Shown one piece after another: positions 36,129 to 49,001 of a stretch of 58,424 nt of DNA. Position 1 is the stretch's first letter. Each line of letters opens with the position of its first letter. The notes under the pieces are model-generated. The model was not told the DNA's origin. It did not search any database and worked only from the letters and a program-made list of their open reading frames with translations. The stretch spans positions 403,439,577 through 403,498,000 of the forward strand of contig CM097883.1 of the NCBI GenBank assembly GCA_044892505.1, written 5' to 3'. The DNA is from Schmidtea nova (taxonomy: Eukaryota). The position numbers and the translations under genes were made by a program.

Positions 36129-38040
36129 TGTTGGGGTTAGGCTGAAGTTGCGCAAGTAAAATGAGAGTGCGACGGGATTGAAGGAAAATCAATAAAAAGG
36201 CTGAAAAGCATTAAATTCACAATTAATAAATAAGTACAAAAGAATTCATGAAAAATTTGAAAAATTAAAAATAAAAGATTTAACGGGGAAATTGGTATGT
36301 ACGGATGGCAAATGGAGAGATGAGTACGAATATGATAATATAATATCAGTGTGGAGTCCCCAGAAAAAGATATTCAGTAAATAGAAATTAATTAAAAATT
36401 TATGAATAATTTATTAGCCATGTAGAAAGCCCGAATCAAGGGTAAGCTCGAGTGCATGGGAGATCCGGGCTAGTGAAGAGCCTGAACAAAGGGAAACAAG
36501 AGAGGAAATCGAATTAACAATAGCGCGGATCAAAGAAATCAAATTAGAGCAAATTATAATTAGAAAATTCCAATTACAGAAGATCATAATCGAATTTGAC
36601 CGCAAGTTTGGAAAACATAACCAATTTGTTGAAAAATTGGTAAATTATAAAAGCCGCAAAAAAACAGAAAATTGCCAGTTTTATCGAAGAAAATTACCAG
36701 TGTTTAACAGAGTGGGTAAGTGAAAAGGAGATAATTGTAAAGAAAACATTAGCCAATCAAGCTTTTCAGAAAGGGCAATCTACTCTTGGTAGACCTACCC
36801 CTATAGCTTAGAAAAGAGTGCAGAAATAGAGTTTAGAAACAACAAAGATTGTACTGATTTTAGTTGTCGTAAATTGTCAAATTTGAATAAATAAAATTTA
36901 TTGTGTTGGGTCTCAGTTATATCATTATTAAAGGAGCACGAGGAGTCAGAAACTAGACCGACTCAAATTATTTAACTCAACATTTTGGTGAGCCCAGCGT
37001 GATCAGAGTCGATGAAACGTTGCAAAAAATTAATTAAAAGAAATTTATTGATTAATTCCGACGTGATCAGAGTCGATGAAACGTTGAAAAGAAATTTATT
37101 GAAAGAAATTTATTGATTAATTCTGAGTCGGTGGAAGTCGTTTAAAAGGAATTAAAAGTCAATTGTGAAATTTAAAAAGGTGTAAATTTGTGCAAAGTGA
37201 TTAAAAGTTGGTGAAATACTACAGGAAAATTTGAAAATAAATTAATTGATTGAAGTAAAAATTTATATAAATATATTTATTATTAAAGTCGGACGTGAGC
37301 AAAAGTTCAGAAAATTGTGAGAAAATTTATAAAATAAATCTATTGTCAAAAATTAAAACAAAAAGTAAATTTTATAATTGATATAGTAAAGTTTAGACAC
37401 ATAAAAGTTGTACCAACCCGAACCATTTTACAATTTAAGAAGTAACAAACAATCAGAAACCAAAATGAGCAACTCAAACGGTCTTGATGACACGCCCATG
37501 TTAACAAGCAACGAAAATGGCAATGGCTATGCTAGCTGCCATAAACTGCCAGTAAATACATATGGAGGGGATCCAATAGAATTCGTTGATTTTATGGCGG
37601 ATTACTACATGTATGCCACGTACTATGGATGGAGCCAAGTGAAATGATACAAAAGCTGTCATTGTATTTAAAGGGGCTGCAAGGGAAGCCTAGCAACAAA
37701 TCGATAAAAGAACTATTGTCAATGACTGGACGAAACTGAAAGATGCCTTAGCCGAGAAGTTAATTGGAGGAGATATAAAACGGATAATGCGGCAGAAATT
37801 TTATAACCAGTATAAAAATCAGATGAATCGGTAAGTGAATCTGCGTACCACTTGACAACTCTTGCAGAAAAGGCATTCGAGGTAAAACCGGAACAGATTT
37901 AGGGGGCAAAGCAGGTAAAGGAATTGTTACAAGACCAGTTCTGATCGGGTGTCAAAAAGGAGATAAAAAAAAGCTTTTTGTTATGTGGACTTCAATAACT
38001 TTGATGAATTGATAGAAAAAGGCGATGAAAATCGAGCCTA
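36129..38040 (+). mobile_element. Ty3/Gypsy 5' LTR (36129-36982), PBS and decayed gag
   Basis: TGTTG...CAACA, PBS tggtgagcccagcgtgat at 36986, gag LPVNTYGGDP..YGWSQ..WTKLKDAL..DESVSE. U5/PBS homologous to 24200-24335. Confidence 0.85.
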
Positions 38041-38126
38041 TATCAACATGATGTGGTGAATCGGCGAAATTCATTGAAAACAAAATTATTGATAATATAT
38101 TTCAGTACATAATAAAAGTTGTCTCT

Positions 38127-38238
38127 GTCCACGACCATACTAGTCTGGGTTCATCCGATCTCGGAAGTTAAGCAGGCTAAGGCCTCGTTAGTACTTGGAT
38201 GGGTGACCGCCTAGGAATACGAGGTGTTGTGGACTTTT
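38127..38238 (+). rRNA. 5S: 5S rRNA copy with an internal deletion of about 10 nt (likely pseudogene)
   Basis: Helix I GTCCACGAC/GTTGTGGAC, helix II TAGTCTG/CAGGCTA, box A AGTTAAGC, box C TGGATGGGTGACC, T4 terminator. The loop B/helix III region is shortened. Confidence 0.9.
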
Positions 38239-38329
38239 GTTTCGACTATAAATTCGAATTTAATTATTCGATAAATATTCAATTCGATAAGATGCCATGA
38301 CTAATTAATTTTTTACTTTATTTAGCCTA

Positions 38330-39938
38330 TCTCAACATATTGTGCCTAATGGTGAAAGAAGTACATTTGAAGATGAACAATGTGTTCTCTCCTCTCGTGT
38401 GGATGAGCTTGATGCTTCATTCAAGAAAATTATTAGTAAGCTTGATTTAATTGAAAATATTTAAAATTATTCTAACACTGAAACACGATTTTTAATAAAA
38501 ATAATGTTTCGTTTTTTGATAATCTTGCGAAATGGCAACGATTAGATGAGATTGGCAATGCTGATAGCCTTCAATCTGCGGATCAGCACCCAAATCTTGA
38601 TGAATTTACTTTAGGAGATAATAGGAGGATTTTTCTGGCCGGGGACTTGAAAGGGGATAAAATTGAGCCGTCTCAGATAAAAATTAATCTTTCTAAAAAT
38701 GATGGGAATAATTCTAAATTAATTTCAGCAGATCAAGAAAAAGTTGATTTGACAATGATTAAACTGGACGGTTTGGTCAATGGCAAATCAAATGAAACCT
38801 TTGCTATTACAAAGGATGTAGATAGGAAGTCTACTGAACTTAATAAATCTAATTCTTTAGTTAGGACTAAGCTTGATGGGAAAAATTTTAATAAAAATGT
38901 TAGAAAAGAGTTTTCAAAACGTGAACGTTTTTTTAACAAGTTTCCCACGTCACTTGTATAAAAGAGAAAAACAAAAACCTTTTGACATATCCCGCAACTT
39001 TCTCAATTAATTAAATTAAGAGAATCAGCGCAGAAATTTAGTAAAATAAATGACTTATTAGATATAATTCTGAGAACGGACAACCTGCTGGGTATCGCTG
39101 GGTTTATAACATTATTTTATCGCCATCGGCATATTTGTGTCCTGATTGAGCTTGGGCCAACTGGTTATAAACCGGCTGTTCATGATGTCAAAAAGACAAA
39201 AAACCACCTACCTAATAGGCTCTAAAATCATTGAACCCTTAAGGTAACCAAAATAATTTTATTCCTGCATCTCTTTGCATAAAGAAGTTTTCAAGAACGG
39301 TTACGATAAAAGATGTTAAGGATAGCGAGATCCGAATTAATAAAATTCTAGGTGAACTCAAACGACGTGGAGGGATCCCGAACTTCTTGCTTCAATCACA
39401 GAATAAATATTTGAATGGGGAATTTCTTTTGTTGGACCTTTTTAATACCGATGGGTTGTTTGGCGATAGCACTGATCCAAACCAAACCGATCTTTCCCGT
39501 TCTGAATTGGAAGAGTTGACAAGATCTTTTCATGAGATTCCGAAGCCCTACTTTATGGAAAACGTGGACAGGTATCCTAATATATTAATTAATTTAATTA
39601 AAGAATTAAAAACTAAAAAAGAATTTCCTAGTGAGATCTCATTTGGGGGGGGGGGTAAATTTGTAAAAAATAAAGTTTTTCAAAACTCTGTTAGACTGTG
39701 CGATAATGGTGCGTCTGATGTAATGTTTAATCTTGAGTTACTAGACTTTGTTGAGATATCAAATGTGGACACTGAGTTTGATCATTTTTTAAAACCGCCT
39801 CAAACACCTGAAAAATTAATTAACATAATATTTTACTTAAATCACCTAAACTTGCAGAGATCTCTAAAATGCAAAATGAATTTATCATTTAATATATATG
39901 TTTATAATTACTTTCTTAACTGCTTCCTAATGCACTAG
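38330..39938 (+). pseudogene. Degenerate coding region of unknown product
   Basis: Several consecutive open segments (38647-38961, ~39030-39230, ~39250-39938) broken by stops or frameshifts. No motif recognised. Confidence 0.35.
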
Positions 39939-39994
39939 ATTGTGAACCTTGAAACTGTTGACTCCTTATCCGGAGATAATATCAAATCTTGGGC

Positions 39995-40431
39995 CAGTGG
40001 CGTCACTAGGGGTGCGGGGTTGCGGACCACACCGGGTGACACCATTATAAGCGGTGACACTAAAATGCAAAATATCACTGTCTATGATTCTATGTCACTC
40101 CATGAAATTATTCTTATGAATTGTTTCAACTGAGCCGGCCCAGCGCCTAGCAACAGAAATGTATTATATTATTGAAATATAAAAATATATCTGTGTCGAT
40201 GCTCTTGACAACTGTCAAAAACATCGACTTTTGGACCGTCTTTAGGCTCCCCGGCACTCCACTGCGGCTTTTTTTCGCACAGTTAGCTAGTTCATGTCTA
40301 ACATAACCTGTAATAGTGTTTGTTTTGCCCACTACATGTGCTTAAATACGCTTTGTTTTTATCGTTGTATTGGATGTTGGTGGTTTTGAATTTGTTGTTA
40401 GGTGGGGTGACACCATGAGTTACCGCACCGG
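39995..40431. mobile_element. hAT-type MITE (CAGTGGCGTCACTAGG family), right end truncated
   Basis: Left terminus cagtggcgtcactaggggtg; subterminal ggtgacacc / accgcaccgg motifs at both ends. Confidence 0.55.
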
Positions 40432-41469
40432 TATATATAATAATACGGCACAAATATAATACGTGACCCTTAAATATGGTTCACTGATGGTGACAATGAT
40501 AACTACGTCGAATGTCACATCAATGACCCTAAATTTGCTCCAATAAAATGCTTTCAAATCGAGATTTTACGAGCAAATCTTTGCGAAACCATTTTTCGAA
40601 TGCCAGACAGAGCACTGTCTGCACAAATTCAATTATGTCCCATCAACATTTATCAAACGCATTGGATTCTTTTTGGATTCTTCCTCTTTTCAACAACCGC
40701 CATTCGTTGAGCAATAAAGCCGACGCTCTTCAAATACAATCGCTTTGAATCTTATTTTTAACCTTAAAGCTGCACTATTTTTCCTCTCAAACAAAAACTT
40801 TGTCTACCAAAATAATTTTTATTTATATAAAGTTTTTCTGCTTTACACTAAATTTAGCTGATATAATTATTTTTTTTTATTTTTTTTATTTTCTTTTAAT
40901 TTTTTATCATTATTAAAATTAAAATAACTAATCGTAAAATTCTTTGAATTTTTCTAATGTATCGTTTTACCTAGTTTCTTTGTTATATTTATGTTTCTTC
41001 GTGTTTACTTCTTGCTTTTTTGTTCAGTTTAATTTTAATTTTTCGTTTTACTTAAATTTTTCTTATGTGTATTTTTTGTTTATATTGGAATTTAGTTCAA
41101 TTATTTAAATACATTTCTTTCACGGTCCCTACATGCTTTATTAGTACTTGCTTGAAATAAGAAGTGGCTGGGTTCAGTTTGCGACTAACATTTCTAACAT
41201 TCAATATCAATAATGAAGGCAGCAACATCCTCCATGTTGTCTTCATTTATTATTAATCTAAAATATTTTAAGATATAAATTAAAAAGTAAAAAATTCTAT
41301 TTTTTTTAAAAATTTTTTTTAAATTATATTTTTTTAAAATTTTATTTCAGTTACCAAACATAATTGGCATAAATAAATAAATGTTAATTTACCATTAAAA
41401 ATTCAATAAAACTTAAAAATACAAAAAAAAAGATTTTTTCTAAATTTTTTTTATAGGATTATTCTAAAG

Positions 41470-42676
41470 CAGGCCTGGCCAACTCAAATCGTTCCGCGGG
41501 CCAATCTGATGATTCTTTTTTTTGGTGGGTCACACAAGAAAATTAGAAGGTGAAATGCTATAGTTGTATTTATTTTAATAATTTTAAATATTTTTTTAAA
41601 TTTTAAAATAAGTTTAAATACCGTTCGAGGAATAAAAAAAACAAAAATTTAAATTAAGATGATTTATTTTAAAAACTAATTAAACTATTTCATTGGGTAT
41701 ATTAACTTATAAGTAATTTCATTCACAAAACCTAAAAAATTTATAAAAAAACTGTAATTCTATCCATTTTAATCAAATATACATATATCATCTTTTGATG
41801 CACACATGCATCAGTGCGAGCTTTGCTTTTCTTTGCCTTTGCTCAGTTCTCCCAAATCTGCTTGTATATTTGTAGTCGCACATCTTAATTGGTTTCCCAA
41901 GTTCGCATCATTTAAAGAAGCTCGATATTTATTTTTGTAATATTTCATTTTCGAGAAGAAAGTTTCACAAATATATGTGCTTCCACTTACTAGTTTTGTG
42001 CAAAATTCTTGATTTGGGATATTTTTCTTCCTTCACGCATGTGTTATAAAAATCGGTTTTCGATATTGTTTTGAAAATATTTTTTGTTTGGCTGTTACAT
42101 TGTAATTCAATTACTTCCATCTGCAGAGTTTCTGATAATGTAGAATTGTCCACTTGAAATGGGGAACAAAATAACTCAAACGATTTTTNNNNNNNNNNNN
42201 NNNNNNNNNNNNNNNNNNNNNNNNNNNNNNNNNNNNNNNNNNNNNNNNNNNNNNNNNNNNNNNNNNNNNNNNNNNNNNNNNNNNNNNNNNNNNNNNNNNN
42301 NNNNNNNNNNNNNNNNNNNNNNNNNNNNNNNNNNNNNNNNNNNNNNNNNNNNNNNNNNNNNNNNNNNNNNNNNNNNNNNNNNNNTTTGATCTTTTTTCAT
42401 TATTAATATCAATAATTCCCATAATGAATGACTATAGATCAAAATTTCTTTAAATAAGTACACGATATTTCGGCACAGCCTTTATATGTATATGTACGAG
42501 TAGTACTTAAGTAAAATAAAAAATGAAATTGTAGAATTGCATATAAACTTTATGATGAGTTTTAGTATTTTATATTTTATTAGTTACATACATTTTTTTG
42601 TAAAATTAAAATCATTTAGCGTGTTGCATTTTCAAACGTCTTGGGCCACATGTGACCCGCGGGTTGGCCATTGCTG
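41470..42676 (-). mobile_element. Internally deleted hAT (Buster/SPIN/GTF2IRD2-like) transposon
   Basis: TIRs caggcctggccaac / gttggccattgctg, TSD ttctaaag / atctaaag, transposase C-terminus GSTYICETFFSKMK..RASLNDANL..LRCATT..KQSSH* at 42180-41811. Confidence 0.9.
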
Positions 42677-43315
42677 ATCTAAAGTATTATTTTGCAGTAG
42701 ACTCGAATGTTGTTTGCAGCCATTAAAACAAATTAGCAATAACTGGCATCCATTTGTCCTATTTTTCGTTAACCAATTTTGGGGTATGTTAATTTTATAT
42801 TTCTACGTATGTACTTATTTATAGATACTCTCTTCCATATATGAAAAATCTCATAATTCACATACCCCCTCCCCCCTTAAAGCACAGGTAATATACGGCT
42901 TGACTCCTACGATAAATATTTCATTCAAAAAATGTATTCTTAAAGTTTTCAATTTTTACAAATAAAAAACGAAATTTACTTTTTTTGTTTTAAAAATTAT
43001 TTTGTAATGATTCATCCATTTCAATTATTTTTATTTTTAAGAAATTCAAAAAATTGAGAGTTTGCTCAATATTTTTGTAGAATTATTTCTACAATTTGAA
43101 TAAAATGCATTTCCATTTTTTTGGAATTTTTCGTAACATTTGTTTTTTTTATTTCTAACGCAAATAAGATTAATATTTTTCGGTAAAATTTATTTTTAAT
43201 AATTATCAATTTGTTTTAATTTAAATATTTTTAACCAATAAATGTAATGTAAAAATATTTTTATTAATTGATTTTTTCAATAAATTTATTTCGATTGAAT
43301 TATATTTGTTTTGAA

Positions 43316-44701
43316 ATGGAAATCGATCAAGAATGTTCGATATGCTATTCACCAATCAGCAGCGAGATGAGTATTATGTTTGGTAGTTGTAGGCATTTGT
43401 TCTGCAGGGATTGCGTGAAAGAATGGTTGGTAATTAATAGAAGTTGCCCGTTAGACAGAGTCCTTGTTACTGAGGTGACAGTATTCAACGGACTTACCAG
43501 CAAGTCCGTTAATGCTAGTGATTTAATAAATATTTTGACTTTCATTAGTTGGTTTAATTCAAATATTCATGAGTTTTCAAACTATTTCACCCCAGTTAAT
43601 TCTTTTCCGGATTTCCGCTCGGTGAATCTAGAAACCCCAGAAGCCGAATTCGATGAAATGATTGCAAATATTTACAACAAATCTCAATTAGAGTTTGATT
43701 TCATAAATGATCTAGATGAAAACATTGAGACCCTATCCAACATCATTGCCCAGTATGGATCAGCCGATCAAAACATTCATCGGCTGCTGGTCTACGAATT
43801 TAAACTGAAATCTTCAACTATCTGTAATGATAGGATCAAAAGGGTCTCTACCTTGAAATTGGCAGACAAGTGCATTAACCAATATATTAACTGTTTAATC
43901 AACCGAGCACAACTTATTGATTATTTGCACAATATATCCGATAGAATCAAAAAATTTCACGAGCAATATAATTATGATTATTATTTATTAGTATGGGTAA
44001 CAAGACAACTTTTTATTTATTTCGATAACGTTTTGTCGGAACAAATTATAGGAATTTTCTCATCCCCCTCTTTCGATTACAGTCGGGTTGAGGTGATCTC
44101 CTCTTTTTTTGTTTACGGAAACCTACAAACAATAAACAGAAGAAAGGCAATTGAAGCCTTGATAATGGAGAGCGCGGATGAAGATGTCGGTCTATATATT
44201 TTTAATGATGTATTAGAAGAAGTCATTGGCTTGCTGGAAAGATTTCTCGAATCAGTGGAAAAGATGTTGAAAATTCGTACGGATCTAGAATGTCCGTCCT
44301 TTGTGCAAGAAATGATTTGGTTAGACATGAATTCGTTTGATATACTTTCTGTGGGTTCGTTAGAATACTTCGATGTGCTCACGGCAAGATATGGCTCCCC
44401 GTCCCTCAATTTGATGACTGAAACCGCCCTAAATCTCATGAAGGGAGTTTTCGATAAGATTTACTATTTGACAAAATATTACAAGTACAACAGTAGGAAT
44501 ATTTCCCCCGAAAATGACAAAACTCAAAAGGATAAAGTCAAAGAAATTTGGATTAAAGAATTGGAATCTCTACGAAATGTCTGTAAAAATATGAATAAAA
44601 GTGAAAAATTTTTAAAAATTGAAAAATTAATAGCAAATTTTATGTCAGTCATCCTTAATTACGGAGAGTGTTTATTTAACATAATAAAATGTTGTTCTTG
44701 A
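43316..44701 (+). CDS. Intronless RING-finger protein (C3HC3D-type), ~461 aa, putative E3 ligase
   Basis: MEIDQECSICY..GSCRHLFCRDC..CPLDR followed by a long helical region, with no stops. Confidence 0.85.
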   Translation: MEIDQECSICYSPISSEMSIMFGSCRHLFCRDCVKEWLVINRSCPLDRVLVTEVTVFNGLTSKSVNASDLINILTFISWFNSNIHEFSNYFTPVNSFPDFRSVNLETPEAEFDEMIANIYNKSQLEFDFINDLDENIETLSNIIAQYGSADQNIHRLLVYEFKLKSSTICNDRIKRVSTLKLADKCINQYINCLINRAQLIDYLHNISDRIKKFHEQYNYDYYLLVWVTRQLFIYFDNVLSEQIIGIFSSPSFDYSRVEVISSFFVYGNLQTINRRKAIEALIMESADEDVGLYIFNDVLEEVIGLLERFLESVEKMLKIRTDLECPSFVQEMIWLDMNSFDILSVGSLEYFDVLTARYGSPSLNLMTETALNLMKGVFDKIYYLTKYYKYNSRNISPENDKTQKDKVKEIWIKELESLRNVCKNMNKSEKFLKIEKLIANFMSVILNYGECLFNIIKCCS

Positions 44702-44767
44702 CTTGTTTACTGTCCCCTCTTGAGATGTCTTATTAGGTTTTGTGATTAAATGTATATTTGGGGGGTT

Positions 44768-45073
44768 ATAACCGGATCGGAACAAGGGTGAGACAAACGA
44801 GGCACTGCCTCAGGTGACCAGCGGTAAAGGACGTCGGAATGATAAAAAATGAAAAGAAAAAAACGTCAAATGTTCGTCAAGTACTTTAAGCAAACTAACG
44901 ATTTACTTTGAGCGCTCTTGCTTGATACGTTTGTCTCCTTGCATGATAGCTCCCTAGTAAGGGGTTTGGTACGAATTTGTCTAAACTTGTTGTTGTTTAA
45001 TACTTATAAGAAATAAACAATTATAAACATACCGGCGTACACCTATCTTGTGACCCAGCTATGGGTTTAAACA
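44768..45073 (+). mobile_element. Probable 3'/solo LTR
   Basis: G-rich tract then tataacc (TG mutated?), AATAAA inside, ends ggtttaaaca. Confidence 0.35.
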
Positions 45074-48052
45074 TGCTGGCCATTCACTCTACATTTGTTC
45101 TATGAGTTGTGTGATTCATCTCTTAGTAAAGATATATTTTTCATATATGATTTTTATTATATTATTGTTGGGTTATTTGGTTGTTGGTGAAATTTGAAAT
45201 TTGCTATTAAATTCTCCGACTCCAAAGCGTGCTTTATCTAATCCACAAAATTCCAATTTTCAAACAATATACACCTTTATTGATTATCACAGTTGGTTAC
45301 ACAATTTATAATAACACGATCAATTCAACACCAAATAGGCAAATATACAGAGCTTATTACAACAATTTGCGAGGAATAGCCCTAATGTATAATACATAGA
45401 ATACAACATTCGATGACCACTGATTTAGATTCAATTATTGGCAATATATTTCGCTTGTTATCGTTCTTTGACTATCTTTTAATTTTCGTTTACTTCATTA
45501 ACCTATTCATTAACTCTTCTCAATCTAAACCTCTCATTCAACTACTGTGGATTTCCTTTTATAGATGGTAATTTTATGGCTCTCGAGATAAACTTTGCTT
45601 TTCCCGTTTTTGGATCCAGCATACTTCTTATTTTTCCTCTGACATCTGTCAAGATATTCCGTTTCTACTTTTTGTTATTCTCCTCTTTTATTTTATGTAT
45701 TCCTGATATCTCTGACAAACTGTCAAGTTATGAACTTTCCTCTTGTTTTTTGTTTTACAATTTTGGATTTCACTTTTCCTTTTTATATTTCCTAATTGGG
45801 AATAAACTTTTCTTGGTGATAGTTCAATTTCTTTTATTTCGCTGCCATCTTCTCATTTCTCAATTTTTGCTCTTCCTTCTTTCTTCTCTAAATTTCAGAG
45901 GATCGTGTCATTTACCCTATCAATTTTCACAAATTATTTTATTTATTTTGAGGTTATTCAATTCTATTATTCAGGTATCCTCAACATAATTATTTTATAT
46001 ATACTTTTGCAAATTACACAAAATAAAGAAATTCGCTTAGGGATCACAAAATATTTTTAAAACAATATTTTTAATATTAATAATTGTATGACTAGATATC
46101 AAAATTTGTTTTTTGTTATTAGGTACTCGATATTTCGGCACAGTCTTTATCACATGTGTATTTTAACATTACGACAGGGCCGCCGTAACCCTTTCACAAA
46201 ACCTAGACACAATTCAACGGATTAAGATAATAACCCGTTGTAATTCCAATTACTATAACTGCTATTTTCATAATATACTTTTTTGGTCAACCCTTGCGCA
46301 TTTCATTTATCTCAAATTTAAGAAGTTAATTTTTCGAAAAAAACTTTTCTTTTTAAAATTAAATTCTTACAATATATTTTAAAAATATTCCTAACAATTT
46401 TATAATTTAACTAATTTCTTATTTGTTTTGCCAAATTATTAATTTTATTTTAATGTTTCCATTTTTAAATTTTCATTATAAATATCATTATAAGCTATTT
46501 TTAAATTAACTTTTATATTTTATAATAACTATCTTGTTTTTCATGTTCTCTGCTTGCTCGTGGTCGTCTAGGTTTATCGTGTTGTTTTCTATGTAAATTC
46601 ATGTTTACTTCTTGCAATTCTTTGCTATGTTTTATATTTGATAGCGATGTTACTTTAATTATGTACAAGAATATTTTATGGGATTTATTAGGCGCTTGTG
46701 TCAAATTTTAAGCTGACTTCGTGCGCGTGTTCATTTTTAGGGTTATCCAGTTAGTTAAACCAATTGTGTAAATTTTAGATTTTCCCAACAGATATTTGCA
46801 ATATAATAATCGCCATATGTTTCCAAGGTAACCACTAACCAGAGACTTACCTAGCCCTTTTATTACCCCGCAAGAGTGATGTAGGAAGTGGGTGTGCCAA
46901 GAATTAGTGAAATACAACTGACTGTCTTGGGCTCCCAGTGTAATTTATTAACGTCCAGAATAAATTTTCATACAAATTATTGTTGTCTTTGTGCCCTAAA
47001 CACGTGCTAATTCTAATTACTAGTTAATCTAACCCCAAAATCCGCCAAAATTATTATTCAAATAGTTGGCTTTTAGGACTTTACTTTTAAATTTCATCTT
47101 TATTAGCTTTTTAAATCAAGGGCCCCAAGAAATACTCCGCATAGAGCTACATGAGTTCTAGTTATGCCACTGCCGAGTTGCCGAATTATATTGCAAAAAT
47201 ATATTTGATCACTTTTAACCAGCATTGAATAAAAATATATTTCCGAAAATAAAAAAAATTACCAAAAAAAAGTTTTTGTTTTCTTCACATTTGTAAAATT
47301 ATTTGACATTAGGAACTTCGAGCATAAAATTGAGCATCTGGTTAATTCCTATAAACAACAAATATCTTTGTTATTTAGTTTGGGTTTATTAATAATTTTG
47401 GCAGGGTACTTTGACTCTGACCATGGGAGCCCACGGCACCTTTCACTGGGTGGGACAGTTTGTCATTTTGCTGAATAATAAAATGGCATAGGATTTCGTC
47501 TATCATTTTATTTCTTTTGTTGTCCATAACTCTTAATAAGGTTTGTTAGTGTTTCGGCAGGAGGAAATAATAACTCATCACGACTTGACAATGTGAAAAT
47601 TTTATTTGTATAAGCTGTCATGTCGACCTGTTGGTACCTAAACTGTTTCAAAAATGTTTAGCTTTTTTCTTTTTCTGCTTTCTTTTCACCCTATGACCAG
47701 GAATTACAGATAACTTAAAATAAACAAGTTTACTACACAAGACAATTATTTTCTTGAATTTCCTTCGGCATCCTCTGGGTTCCTTGACCTTCGCACCCTT
47801 ATCCGTCAATTTGTTTATAGAATGCAGAATCCGCAAATATAAATATGTGATAGAAGTGTAAACAATTATTGCCACAACAATTAGGCAGGCCTGGAGCTTG
47901 CTATGAAGGTATAATTGTATTGTTTATCATATCCAAAATTGCAACTGGCAGAATAAGGGTTAGTTGACCCTTGACCTCCAGTCGGTTCATGCTGGATTAT
48001 CCATGATTATATATTGCGGCGGCTGCCATAAGCGTTCCATTTGAATCTGGTA

Positions 48053-48926
48053 ATGCAAAGGCTAACGGTTATCTGTAAGTTCTCTTTATACTATTTATGC
48101 TTACCAACATCCATTTGTTTTAGGCATCCTTTTACCGTTGGTTATGACGGAAGCGCAAATACTTTTATCGGTCAAATCCGTCTCAGGATTTCCACATTTT
48201 ATTGGAAACGCGTTTACTATGGATATCCGATCACGATCTGAGAGCGGCAAGTTGAGTTCTGATCCGTCAGATACGATGGTCATACGAATTGTGGATTTTA
48301 ATAACACGGAGACTGAAAGAGTGTATCTTATTTATGGCGTACAATATTTCATTGATGATGAGTACAAGGGGAAACTCATGGACATCAAAGTATGGGAAAA
48401 GAATCCCTCATCAACAGAAATGATGATATCAATAATGTTCAAGCGAGGGGCCCAAAAGAAATATCTAGAAATATTTTACTTTTCTGCTCCGGATAAATTC
48501 CAACGGAGAAAATACTTAAAGAATTTGTCGTTGGGCAAACGGTTATTTCACGAACTGATAGAATTGTTGATCCCACCGACCTTGGCTATGTCAGTGACCC
48601 CTATCAAGGTTGATAGGAAGGAGACCCTGAATAATGATCTAGTAATGGTATCCTGCAAAGCATATGATGGGATTCCACAGGATAAACCGAGATTTGATGG
48701 GCACGTGAACGTGACGGATACCAAATATAATGAAACGGCCAATGAGATCAGCATGACTTTCCGTGCATCTCTCAGTGACCATCTCACTAATTTGAGCTGC
48801 ACCGCCGGAAATGTGACGGAAACGTTAACAATGAATATTTATCGTAAGTTATTAAGTTATTATTAAATAAAACATTACAATAATAGCAAAAACAAAACTT
48901 AACATTTATGCCAAACGAACAAATTA

Positions 48927-49001
<75 letters not shown>

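Noticed and set aside
40470-40760. piggyBac-like Cys-rich C-terminus on the minus strand
   Set aside because: Only fragmentary similarity across frames and no TTAA-flanked end.
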